DNA of 32,037 bases. Origin: Octopus bimaculoides (lineage: Eukaryota). The stretch spans positions 41,953,774 to 41,985,810 of the forward strand of contig NC_068994.1 in assembly GCF_001194135.2 (NCBI RefSeq), in the 5' to 3' direction. The notes beneath the pieces were generated by a model. It saw only the letters and a program-made list of their open reading frames with translations. It did no database searches and was not told the origin of the DNA. Shown piece by piece: positions 11,559 through 22,560 of the stretch. Position numbers and translations under genes: made by a program. Every line of letters starts with the position of its first letter. The stretch's first letter is position 1.

Positions 11559-12959
11559 ATGGACAGGAAGTTGGAACAAAGACCCAATGTCAAATTTTGC
11601 ATTCAGCTTGGTAAGTCTGCTAAAGAGACGTTGAGCATGCTTTGGCAGGCTTACAGTGATGAGGCAATGGATCATACACAACGTTTTGGGTGGTAGAGGC
11701 ACTTCAAAAGCAGGATAACACTCCTGGAAGACATTGAGAGATCTGGAAGATATTGAGAGATCTGGAAGACATTGAGAGATCTGGAAGACATTGCAAGATC
11801 TGGAAGACATTGCGAGTTCTGGAGGACATTGCGAGATCTGGAAGACATTGAGAGATCAGGAAGACATTGAGAGATCTGGAAGACATTGCGAAATCTGGAA
11901 GACATTGAGAGATCTGGAAGACATTGAGAGATCTGGAAGACATTGCGAAATCTGGAAGACATTGCGAGATCTGGAAGACATTGAGAGATCTGGAAGACAT
12001 TGCGAGATCTGGAAGACATTGAGAGATTTGGAAGACATTGAAAGATCTGGAAGANNNNNNNNNNNNNNNNNNNNNNNNNNNNNNNNNNNNNNNNNNNNNN
12101 NNNNNNNNNNGATCTGGAAGACATTGAGAGATCTGGAAGACATTGCAAGATCTGGAAGACATTGCGAGTTCTGGAGGACATTGCGAGATCTGGAAGACAT
12201 TGAGAGATCTGGAAGACATTGAGAGATCTGGAAGACATTGAGAGATCTGGAAGACATTGAGAGATCTGGAAGACATTGTGAAATCTGGAAGACATTGAGA
12301 GATCTGGAAGACATTGCAAGATCTGGAAGACATTGAGAGATCTGGAAGACATTGAGAGATCTGGAAGACATTGCAAAATCTGGAAGACATTGCGAGATCT
12401 GGAAGACATTGCGAGATCTGGAAGACATTGTAAGATCTGGAAGACATTGCGAGATCTGGAAGACATTGCGAGATCTGAAAGACATTGCGAGATCTGGAAG
12501 ACCGGCCATGAGCGTCAACCCTAGAAATGTAGTATTGGGCATTGAGAATTCATCCCCCAGGATCAGACTATCAATCAAGAGTTCTACTGCAACGTTTTGA
12601 AGTGTCTGGGTGGGGACATTCAGTGAAAACGACTGAATCTGTAGAGCTCAAAGAACTGGAATCTGTACCAAGCTCATCTCACTTGAGAGTTTCTCACCAA
12701 AAACATAGTATCACTTCCACACCTGCCCTATTCACTAGATTTAACACCTGTGGACTTCCATTTATTCCCTAAGATGAAAATGCAGCTCAAAGGTCACTAT
12801 TTTAACACTGTTGTCAAGACCCAGAGAAAATCACAGAAAGACCCCGACTCGATTACAGAAAACAAGTTCTAGGCTGGATTCCAAAAGTAACAGGAACACT
12901 GGGATGGGTGTATTGCTCCATGAGGTAACTATTTCGAAGGAGATGATGTGAAAACTTAG
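11559..12959 (+). pseudogene. Mariner transposase pseudogene
   Basis: MDRKLEQRPNVKFCIQLGKSAKETLSMLWQAYSDEAMDHTQRFGW*RHFKSRITLLEDIERSGR-[array]-SGRPAMSVNPRNV, then a deletion, then EFIPQDQTINQEFYCNVLK and PHLPYSLDLTPVDFHLFPKMKMQLKG (YSPDL motif) ... YFEGDDVKT*. Confidence 0.92.
11724..12502 (+). repeat. 19-bp minisatellite ATTG(A/C)GAGATCTGGAAGAC, about 40 units
   Basis: 17 units left of the 56-N gap, and 20 full units plus one partial unit to its right. Confidence 0.98.
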
Positions 12960-14320
12960 GCAAATAAGTTAATTTTTATTAAACATAATTAGTCCTGGAA
13001 CCTTTTGATACCACCTCGTAAATGTTAAACTTTTGGAAAGTTTTAGATATTTTGACAGGTATATATGTATGTATGTATATATGTATGTATCTACGTATGT
13101 ATATATTTACATATATTATGTAGTTATTTGGATGCTACTTCTCACAGATCAAGTTTTCAACATAGGAGATTAAAATTCCACAAAAATAAAAGAAAGAACA
13201 AAAAGATTTCTTTTTAAATTTACACTTTTATATGTTTTGTTTCTTTTCTACAATTGATAATTCAAATTTTAGTTTGAATTTTTCAAAAAATTTTCTCTGA
13301 TTCATAAGCTTTAAACATGAGAGATTACTATTCTACAAAAAGCATTTTTCTTTTTTCATAAATTCAATTTTTGAATTTACCTCCTCTTCACAAATCTCTG
13401 CCAAATGTTTCATCTTTTCTGATGATGTCTATGAAAGCAATTATGCTTAGTGATTATATTAAATATATGTATGTATGTGTGTGTACATATGTGTGTGTGT
13501 ATGTCTGTGTATGTATGTGTGTGTGTGTGTGTGCGTGTGCATACGAAAATATGCATTTATGTATGTTTATATATATATATATNNNNNNNNNNNNNNNNNN
13601 NNNNNNNNNNNNNNNNNNNNNNNNNNNNNNNNNNNNNNNNNNNNNNNNNNNNNNNNNNNNNNNNNNNNNNNNNNNNNNNNNNNNNNNNNNNNNNNNNNNN
13701 NNNNNNNNNNNNNNNNNNNNNNNNNNNNNNNNNNNNNNNNNNNNNNNNNNNNNNNNNNNNNNNNNNNNNNNNNNNNNNNNNNNNNNNNNNNNNNNNNNNN
13801 NNNNNNNNNNNNNNNNNNNNNNNNNNNNNNNNNNNNNNNNNNNNNNNNNNNNNNNNNNNNNNNNNNNNNNNNNNNNNNNNNNNNNNNNNNNNNNNNNNNN
13901 NNNNNNNNNNNNNNNNNNNNNNNNNNNNNNNNNNNNNNNNNNNNNNNNNNNNNNNNNNNNNNNNNNNNNNNNNNNNNNNNNNNNNNNNNNNNNNNNNNNN
14001 NNNNNNNNNNNNNNNNNNNNNNNNNNNNNNNNNNNNNNNNNNNNNNNNNNNNNNNNNNNNNNNNNNNNNNNNNNNNNNNNNNNNNNNNNNNNNNNNNNNN
14101 NNNNNNNNNNNNNNNNNNNNNNNNNNNNNNNNNNNNNNNNNNNNNNNNNNNNNNNNNNNNNNNNNNNNNNNNNNNNNNNNNNNNNNNNNNNNNNNNNNNN
14201 NNNNNNNNNNNNNNNNNNNNNNNNNNNNNNNNNNNNNNNNNNNNNNNNNNNNNNNNNNNNNNNNNNNNNNNNNNNNNNNNNNNNNNNNNNNNNNNNNNNN
14301 NNNNNNNNNNNNNNNNNNNN

Positions 14321-14351
<31 letters not shown>

Positions 14352-15148
14352 GGAGAGAGAGATGAATATGAATATGATACAAGAGAGGATGTTGAAGAGA
14401 GATAGTCTCCATCGAAAATACGAAACCAACTCACATGCATAAGTTCTTAAGGTTTGAATATATTTATTTGAATTATACCCTCCCTCCACATTTTTCAATT
14501 AATTTTCTTTTGCTGCATTAAAATTTAATGATTTCTAATTTTATACACAACCTTCAGTCAGAAATATATTTTAACAGAATAATTATCACTTTTATTTTCT
14601 TTGTTAGATGTATGAAATAACATTACATACTTAAATGCTTTTCTTTTTCTTTCCTTTGTTTTATTTTTGTTTGTGCTTTTGTTTTATAATTTCTTACTCA
14701 TAACCAAAGTGTCTGAAATTTAAAACTTTTACTTCAGTGGGTGAACACCAGAATCTGAACCGATGACTTTTTCAGCAATTGACAAGTACATAGTTTATAT
14801 ATTCAAATTTTTGGAAGTGATTAATGGATTTGTTAAACTCTTCGGATAATATTGATTTTTAACATCAATATAATCCATTCATTCTGGTGCTGTACTCCAG
14901 TGAAGAAATAAACATTCCAGTCTTTTTGTTAACAGTTAAATGCCACTAATTTGGTTTTTCACTGAAACAAGGATGAAAGAAATATCTAATTATGAATCAA
15001 AACCATATATGAAAATCCATTTCTTGAATGGTATTAAATAATTTGCTTATTACTTTTTAATTGCAAGTTAAATTTTCTTTATAAAATATAATACCATTAA
15101 GGATTAAGAAAAATCATTGTCTAGATTAAGAAAAATCATTGTCTAGAT

Positions 15149-15465
15149 CAGTGGTTTTCAACCAGGGTTCATGTAAGATTTTTGGGGGTCTACACAACGA
15201 ATTAGTAAATTGGGGATCTACAAAAGTATTTTATGAGTCCCTGAAAAAATTTGACTTTAGATGTATCTATTGGTAATACCACAAGAAACAGCCAGGTTTC
15301 TTTCTGTAACATTTTACATAATTCAAAGCCACAAATAAATGTATGAAAACATTAATAAATGATATTCTATAAAACAAGTTTTTAAACATCGAATGGCTAT
15401 GGGATCCACTGGGATAAAATAGTAATCAAAAGGGTCCATAGATAAAAAATGGTTGAGAACTCCTG
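15149..15465. mobile_element. hAT-type MITE, copy 2 (opposite orientation to copy 1)
   Basis: TIRs CAGTGGTTTTCAACC and GGTTGAGAACTCCTG. 8-bp TSD GTCTAGAT at 15141-15148 and 15466-15473. Confidence 0.9.
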
Positions 15466-16136
15466 GTCTAGATTAAGAGTTTAGTGCTTAAATAGTTTCA
15501 GCCACTTAATAAAATGATAATATAATTATGATGTATAGTTGTGATCCTCACCAATAGACAAAAGTACATAGAAATAATCATACTATGTCTAAGAAATATC
15601 AGTACCAAGCTGCAGTTTCAAATCCAAGGTGCTGGGAGGAGAAAAAGTGGTTATTCTCAAAATTAATGGTCTTGAATCCTGAAATAAACTGGATCTTGTT
15701 CAGGAGGTATTTTGTGATTTTGGCCAGTTATATACCATGGAAACTAGGCAAATGATCATATGAGTTCCAGGGGTTAAGAAAAAAAATGGTAAGAGAGAAA
15801 AGAATCAAAGCCTTGTGAGTGAAATTTAGTTGATAGAAATTATTTGAAAAACAGATGGAAATTATGTTGAAGAATTATGTGCAATACCGTTCTTGTTTTT
15901 TGGTTTGAGTTATAGATCAAATCTGTTCCATTTAAATACCTTTAGTGGAGTACACTCTGCTTCACAGTTAGGTCTCTACTTTTGGAATAATTTCATCTTT
16001 TCATCTCATCAGTTTTGAAGGCCCTGTTAAAGGGCCCAGTTGATGCTCTAACTCTTCCGACAAGGTCATGTGGGCAGGGGAAAAATTTGTGTCATTATTA
16101 CTTTCATTTCTAGGTTCAGATAATAATGTAAAAAAT

Positions 16137-16303
16137 AGGTGCAGGCATGGCTGTGTAGTAAGGAGATTGCTTTCTAGTCACCTGGTTCCTGGTTCAGTCC
16201 TACTGCATGGCACCTTGGGCAAGTGTCTTCTACTGTAGCCTCAGGCGAACCAAAATCTTAAGAGTGGATTTAGTAGACGGAAACTGAAAGAGAACCCATC
16301 GTG
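16137..16303 (+). mobile_element. tRNA-derived SINE (family B here)
   Basis: Head GCAGGCATGGCTGTGTAG, B-box-like GGTTCAGTCC, body CACCTTGGGCAAGTGTCTTCTACTGTAGCC...GTAGACGGAAACTGAAAG. Homologous copies at 19425, 22843, 25745 and 30304. Confidence 0.8.
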
Positions 16304-16698
16304 CATATATATATGTGTGTATGTATATATATATATATATATATAATGCGAGAGAGTTAGGGGTTGAGGGTTCAACCCATTAAGGGATAGTATCTGTCCA
16401 ATATACTGCTGGGAGGGTACCCAATTATTGCTACACTAGTGTTATACCAAGTGCAATAAATGGGAGCGGNNNNNNNNNNNNNNNNNNNNNNNNNNNNNNN
16501 NNNNNNNNNNNNNNNNNNNNNNNNNNNNNNNNNNNNNNNNNNNNNNNNNNNNNNNNNNNNNNNNNNNNNNNNNNNNNNNNNNNNNNNNNNNNNNNNNNNN
16601 NNNNNNNNNNNNNNNNNNNNNNNNNNNNNNNNNNNNNNNNNNNNNNNNNNNNNNNNNNNNNNNNNNNNNNNNNNNNNNNNNNNNNNNNNNNNNNNNNN

Positions 16699-16845
16699 GG
16701 TAAAAGAGACCAATAGAATAATTCCTCGGCTTACTAAGAATAAATCCTGGGGTCGATTTCTTTGACTAAAAAAAAAATCCTTTAAGGTGGTGCTCCAGCA
16801 TGGTCGCAGTCAAATGACTGAAACAAGTAAAAGAATAAAAAAAAT
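16699..16845 (+). mobile_element. SINE 3' part (family C here); 5' end hidden in the gap
   Basis: GCTCCAGCATGGTCGCAGTCAAATGACTGAAACAAGTAAAAGA tail, shared with reverse copies at 19015, 25275 and 28790. Confidence 0.7.
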
Positions 16846-16860
16846 TAAATAATAAAAAGA

Positions 16861-17170
16861 ATTATTATTCAGGTCACTGCCTGGAATCCAACTTGGAATC
16901 TTGGGGTTAGTAGCCCACACTCTTAACCACTATGCTATATGCCTGCATTCTTAACCACTACACCATATGGCTTAGTGGTTAAGAGTTCGATTCCAGGCAG
17001 TGACCTAAATAATAATAATAATAATAATAACATCAAAAAATACCTTAGGAATGAGAACCCAGTTTCGAAATTTCCCCAAGAAGGCTGGAGGGTATATCAG
17101 CTGAAATGTGTTAACAACAAACAAGATGAGGACAAATATCCGTCAAATGTAAATAATGTAAATAATATAA
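16861..17170 (+). mobile_element. Fold-back tRNA-headed retroelement with (TAA)n and a hammerhead-like remnant
   Basis: Inverted arms 16861-16893 and 16984-17016. tRNA-like head on the minus strand (16864-16943). Downstream AGGCTG..CAGCT-GAAA..CGTC and a TAAATAATG-type tail. Confidence 0.6.
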
Positions 17171-17724
17171 ATAAAAGTATTGTTTTCAATAGGTTAGTCT
17201 GTAAATCCTTGAATCAACAAAGACTCATAAGAATCTTTAGTACATTAAAGAAAGAAGCAGAAGCTAGGTTTATCAAATACATTATTTTTAGCCTGCAAGT
17301 AGTAGTAGATTAATCACGAATCTAAAGACTATGAACTTGTTGAAGGTACTAAATGTGTTTTGCTTTTTAGATGAAGTAATTAGTACCGAAGGTGGCAGGA
17401 TGGCTGTAACAAAAAAACAGTAGCTCGGTTGAGAATAGGGAATGAGGAAAGAAATTCAGAGAACTATTATTTCTTCTGAATACCAAGTGTTTTTTCTGTC
17501 TTCCCATTCAATAAGAATAAGCTGAATGTAATAAAATATTCAGAATAATTTAGTATTGATTTCTGACATAAGCACAAGACTTCAATATTTTTGTATGATA
17601 GGGAGAGTATACGCAATTAAATCAACCCCAGTACTTGACTGGTAATATTAATTAAGCAGTGCTAGTATGTTCTTTTGATAATTACTTTTGATCTTCAAGC
17701 ATACACTAATTTTCTAGGAAATTA

Positions 17725-17840
17725 TTACTACTACTACCACTACCACCTCTACCACCACCAAAACCACCACCAACGCCACTATCACCACTACCACTATCCC
17801 CACCACAACCACCATCACCACCACTACCATCATCATCATT
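17725..17840. repeat. Degenerate TAC/CAC/CAT trinucleotide array
   Basis: Directly visible. Confidence 0.92.
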
Positions 17841-17865
17841 GTTCTTGTTCTTGTTATTATTTCTG

Positions 17866-17913
<48 letters not shown>

Positions 17914-18848
17914 CACACATACATACATACATACATATATATATATATANNNNNNNNNNNNNNNNNNNNNNNNNNNNNNNNNNNNNNNNNNNNNNNNNNN
18001 NNNNNNNNNNNNNNNNNNNNNNNNNNNNNNNNNNNNNNNNNNNNNNNNNNNNNNNNNNNNNNNNNNNNNNNNNNNNNNNNNNNNNNNNNNNNNNNNNNNN
18101 NNNNNNNNNNNNNNNNNNNNNNNNNNNNNNNNNNNNNNNNNNNNNNNNNNNNNNNNNNNNNNNNNNNNNNNNNNNNNNNNNNNNNNNNNNNNNNNNNNNN
18201 NNNNNNNNNNNNNNNNNNNNNNNNNNNNNNNNNNNNNNNNNNNNNNNNNNNNNNNNNNNNNNNNNNNNNNNNNNNNNNNNNNNNNNNNNNNNNNNNNNNN
18301 NATATATATATATATATATATATATACGTATATACACATATATACATATAATTTTTTTCTTTTAATAATAAATGTTATTTTACCTCTAAGCATATACAAA
18401 CACATTAGCTTCAATTGTGTAAAATATAAAAAACTCACTGATGTCTTTATATATAATGAATATAGCATAGATAATTAGGTAGTTCTATAATTCAATAATT
18501 CTTTTCATATGACATGAAATGCAATGGATTGGAATGCTGCAAAACATTTACTGCTACCACTTGAAAAGAGTAACACATATTGCTCTTTGGAATTGGAAAG
18601 AAAAAGGGTATTATTGTTGATAGTTCAAAAATAAAACTACAGTAGCTACTATTACATTTTTTTCTTGTCCTTTTATTAATATTATTATTAACCCTTTGGG
18701 CTAGAAAAGAAGGATTGACAGGATTAGTATAAAGAGGAGGACAAAATAGTTTATACCATTTATTTATGTCACTTATGTATTCTGAGCTCAAAATATTTCT
18801 GAGGTCAACTTTGCTTTTATCCTTTAAAAGAAAATACCAATCATGTAA

Positions 18849-19010
18849 TCATCATCATCATCATCATCATCATCGTTTAACGTCCGCTTTCCATGCTAGC
18901 ATGGGTTGGACGATTTGACTGAGGACTGGTGAAACCGGATGGCAGCACCAGGCTCCAATCTAAATTTGGCAGAGTTTCTACAGCTGGATGCCCTTCCTAA
19001 CGCCAACCAC
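18849..19010 (-). mobile_element. 5'-truncated SINE with RTE-like 3' end and (GAT)n tail
   Basis: (CAT)n followed by GTTTAACGTCCGCTTTCCATGCTAGCATGGGTTGGACG, the reverse complement of the RTE 3' end seen at 10013 and 27513. Central GGATGCCCTTCCTAACGCCAACC segment. Confidence 0.8.
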
Positions 19011-19014
19011 TTAA

Positions 19015-19255
19015 ATTTTTGTTTTTCACTTGTTTCAGTGATAAGACTGTGGCCATGCCGGAGCATTGCATTTGATGTGTTTAACCACTCAAATTGAATC
19101 GATCCCAGTAATTATTTCTAGATCTGGTACTTATTATATTGGTCTTCTTTTTTTTTAAATTTTTACCAAAGTGCTAGGTTACAGAGATGTGGACAAACTG
19201 ACAGAGGTTTGCAAGTGCTGGGGAGCAGAAGGACAAATATAAACACAAAGGCAGG
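19015..19255 (-). mobile_element. SINE family C copy
   Basis: CTTGTTTCAGTGATAAGACTGTGGCCATGCCGGAGCA is the reverse complement of the 16790-16830 tail; the body matches the 25275 and 28790 copies. Confidence 0.7.
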
Positions 19256-19424
19256 CAGGCAGGCACACACACACACACACACACTTATATATTGTTGTTG
19301 ATATCATAAGATTTTATAAACTTTGAGAAAATGTGGAATAAAGCCTTTCAGACTGGTGTAGCTTGAAACAAATATAACTATATGTAATAGGGGTTAAATA
19401 TTTTTATAGCTTTATTTACTTTTA

Positions 19425-19533
19425 TTGGTTGGCCCAGGGCTATAGTAAAAGACTCTTACCCAAGGTACCCTGCAGTAGAACTGAACCCATGACCATGAGG
19501 TTGCAAAGCAAGCTGCTTATCCACACAACCATA
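19425..19533 (-). mobile_element. SINE family B copy
   Basis: GGCTATAGTAAAAGACTCTTACCCAAGGTACC...GAACTGAACCC...CCACACAACCAT is the reverse complement of the 16137 head. Confidence 0.72.
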
Positions 19534-19696
19534 GGTACATCACATTGACTATGCTTATCCTCAACTCCAATAAAACCTGAGGCCTTGTGATTATGTCATG
19601 AATGAATATTATTATCATTATTATTATCACTTTAATACATTGATTTATTTGTTACATTTACTATCTCACAAAAAGTGCAGTTAATTTATCAAAAAT

Positions 19697-20578
19697 AGTG
19701 TTGGGTAACTTTTATATTCTTACTGCAAACAATTTATCATATGTAACCATATATAAATTCAAAGACAAGTCAAAGGTTTTGCAATATTTTGGTGACTTAT
19801 TTGCTATATTCGTCAAGTGACAACAAAAGCAGTCTAGCATTCAAAGTAGAAGCAATCGTGTTGCACTGTCTGAAACCACTTTTCTGTCAGTTCTTTGATC
19901 CAACGCTGGTACCAGTTCTTGTTCTTCAAGGTGAAGAATTCCTTCACTGAAGTTTTAATCTCTTTTTTGCTGATGCTGTGTCACAAGGGCAGGAAATGCG
20001 TCATGAACCAGAACAAGTATCAATGTGAGGAAACTAGGTTTGGACTACGTGCTGGGTGTGGCATCAGTATAATTTCTGCTAATTCCAGGAGTTTATTCTA
20101 GTTTGTACGGACAGTATGAGGTCTTGCATTCTCTTACTGCAGAAGGGCTTGCTTTCAGTTAACCAATGCCAGGTATTTTTGCTGCACAATCACATATATC
20201 TGCTCCAGCTGTTTGGAGTACAAGTTGGCATCGATGGTTCAATCATCTGTAATGGACACATAATGAATTACTCGCTCATTATTCCATCAGATGCAGTGCA
20301 TCACGTTGTGTTCAAAATACCCGTGTTTGGGCAACAGGTTCCAGAATCTGGCCCTTGCTCAACCACTGGATATGAACTTTAGGATTGCAGAAAAATATTC
20401 ACTTTTCATTGCACATTATTATCCTCTTGAGAAAATGCAGATCATATAGGCTTTGCAAGATTTCCTTGGAAACATCCAGTCACCTCTGTGCTTTAGCTGG
20501 CTGGAGTCAATTCATGAGGCACAATTCAGCAGCTCTAGGTGCTTTTGCCAAGGCTGTGAAGGTGATGAACCACCACTG
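19697..20578 (-). pseudogene. 5'-truncated mariner transposase relic (a second, different family)
   Basis: Minus-strand translation: HFLKRIIMCNEK*IFFCNPK..VMHCI*WN.ERVIHY..YSKQLEQ..LLQ*ENARPHT..MPHPARSPNLVSSH*YLF..WYQRWIKELTEKWFQTVQHDCFYFEC*. These are decayed DEKW, DNARPH and HPxYSPDL motifs. The 3' boundary is approximate. Confidence 0.88.
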
Positions 20579-20583
20579 CTAGT

Positions 20584-20985
20584 GAGAAAACCTGTAATTG
20601 TCAAGTCTCCCAACTATGTCCATTAGATGGACTTTGTGTACATTATAATGTCATACATAAATACCAAGTAATAATCCCACATTCTCACCAGGCTAGGGTT
20701 TACATTGGTGACACCATTGATTTTTAAGCATTGCTACCAGGCTCACTTGAATTCCTTCTCAAACAGAGCCTCTAAAATCTCTAACTCCCTTGCTACATAT
20801 AAACACCAGCTCAAGTCCCAGGATATTATTCCCTATGCTGCATCCTGGTCCATAGTTTGTAGGACTTCCCCATACAGCACTAGCCATCATGTTTGTAAGT
20901 TATGTTGGAGGGAATCACATTCTTCACCATCATAATACCTCATTATTCAATAGGTTCTCTGATATAATCTTCTGAGCACAAATTT
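20584..20985 (+). mobile_element. Penelope-like element fragment: GIY-YIG endonuclease C-terminus
   Basis: EKTCNCQVSQLCPLDGLCVHYNVIHKYQV..ARVYIGDT / FKHCYQAHLNSF..SLATYKHQLK..SWSIVCRTSPY..CKLCWRE / LFNRFSDII fits the PLE pattern CNC..CPL.G.C..VIY..YIG..FK.RY..H..SF..W.I..PY..C.LC..E..LLN.R.E, with frameshifts. Confidence 0.82.
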
Positions 20986-21360
20986 TATTTTACATTTGTT
21001 CGTTATGTAAAGACTTTATGATTTTTTCTCTAATTGTGGATAAAGCTCTTTAATTTAGTTATGTTAGAACTATTACCTTCTCTGTTTGCTCTTTGTACCA
21101 TTTTCTCCCTATTTCAACATACTTTATTCCTCTGCTACTCTTATCCCCCTACTCTCCTTCATTCCTTGTCCCTTCCTATCTCCCTGTCTGGTCAGCTGCC
21201 ATCCCTAACTAATTTATTGTCTGCTTAGATAGCATACTTTGACCACTAGTGACCTTTGCTTTCACCAGACTAGTAGTTTCTTCTGTTTGAAATGAGTCAA
21301 AATCTTTGGTACCACACAAGGCTTCTAAGCATAAAATGATGTGTGTGTGTGTGTGTGTGA

Positions 21361-21394
<34 letters not shown>

Positions 21395-21584
21395 ATGTGG
21401 TGGTGGATGCATGTATGTATGTATGTATGTATGTATGTGTGTGTATATAAATATATATGCACACACACTAACACACATGCACATGCACACACATACATAT
21501 ATACATACATATAATACATGCATGTACATATACATGTATATATTTATACATATATACATGAATATATATGCATATACATATGTG

Positions 21585-21619
<35 letters not shown>

Positions 21620-22289
21620 NNNNNNNNNNNNNNNNNNNNNNNNNNNNNNNNNNNNNNNNNNNNNNNNNNNNNNNNNNNNNNNNNNNNNNNNNNNNNNNNN
21701 NNNNNNNNNNNNNNNNNNNNNNNNNNNNNNNNNNNNNNNNNNNNNNNNNNNNNNNNNNNNNNNNNNNNNNNNNNNNNNNNNNNNNNNNNNNNNNNNNNNN
21801 NNNNNNNNNNNNNNNNNNNNNNNNNNNNNNNNNNNNNNNATATATATATATATATATGAGAATGTAATTTTGTGAGAGGGAAGGAATTATCATTTATCAA
21901 GGGTTATGGTGTATAACTAATAATCAATGATATCAGCTCTATTTTTGTATTACCGTGCAATTTTACTGCGGCTATCCATATCTCCTCTTGACATTAGATT
22001 ATTTCCGATGTGTTTTGTTGCAATTTTATGGACATCGTAATTAGCGTTAGGCTTTGGAAGTCTTAGAGTTGCTTGGCACCAAGAATTTTATTGTTCTTTC
22101 CTTCTACTTTAGAATTAGTCCATTTAAGAGGAAAAAAAAAAGAAAAGAGAAAACAAAAAGAAACAAAGAATAGAAAAACCAAAAAAAAAAAAAACAAAGG
22201 CGGTTGTTAACCCAAAGTTCTAATTAGTTAAGATTTTTTTTCTTTTCTATTCAGTAATTACGCATCTGTCATGGTTTAATTCTGTTATA

Positions 22290-22560
22290 GGATTGTTTTA
22301 TTATCTGCTTCAATATTGTCAACATTCAGCCAGTACCCAAGATATTTGAATAGTTTGAAGATTTTCAGACAAACAGCATTTTTTCTTCTTCTTTCTGTCT
22401 GCATAAAAATCTATAGAATTCTTAATTCTGATTTCAAATGCTATGTTTCAGATTTTTTGCTGTGTTTGTTTTCAGATCGACTTCATTAAATACTTCAAAC
22501 AATGCATTTACAATGATGTCTCACTGATGTTCTGTGTGGGTAGTTTCGTGTAATTTCATC
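22290..22560 (-). mobile_element. Old LINE reverse-transcriptase remnant
   Basis: Minus-strand pieces DIIVNALFEVFNEVDLKTNTAK (GL.IN..KT-like) and FKYLGYWL (FKYLG motif) in the expected order and spacing. Confidence 0.5.

Larger units (their letters stand above)
11364..13018 (+). mobile_element. Mariner transposon, internally deleted, with both TIRs
   Basis: Left end TA|TGTGGTAGTATCAAAAAATCCCCAGACTA matches the reverse complement of the right end TAGTCCTGGAACCTTTTGATACCACCTCG|TA. TA target duplications at 11362-11363 and 13019-13020. Confidence 0.9.

Noticed and set aside
11724-12502. CRISPR-like array
   Set aside because: Units are contiguous 19-mers without unique spacers, the context is eukaryotic, and there are no cas genes.
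11672-12578. Long minus-strand repeat ORFs (MSSRSLNVFQISQCLPDL)
   Set aside because: The antisense of the 19-mer happens to lack stops; the ORFs have no unique coding flanks.
13419-13436. CTGATGA..GAAA hammerhead core
   Set aside because: TGTCTAT between the boxes cannot form stem II with the required G-C pair, and no stems I or III were found. The minus-strand CTGATGA near 16005 fails the same way.
14698-14961. 264-nt minus-strand exon between canonical splice sites
   Set aside because: Stops in all three frames.
16330-16469. GGGTTGA..TCAACCC hairpin next to a gap
   Set aside because: A 7-bp stem is within chance, and the context is cut off by Ns.
16864-16943. Functional tRNA gene
   Set aside because: The B box is mutated, there is no convincing acceptor stem, and it is embedded in a repeat; treated as a SINE-type head.
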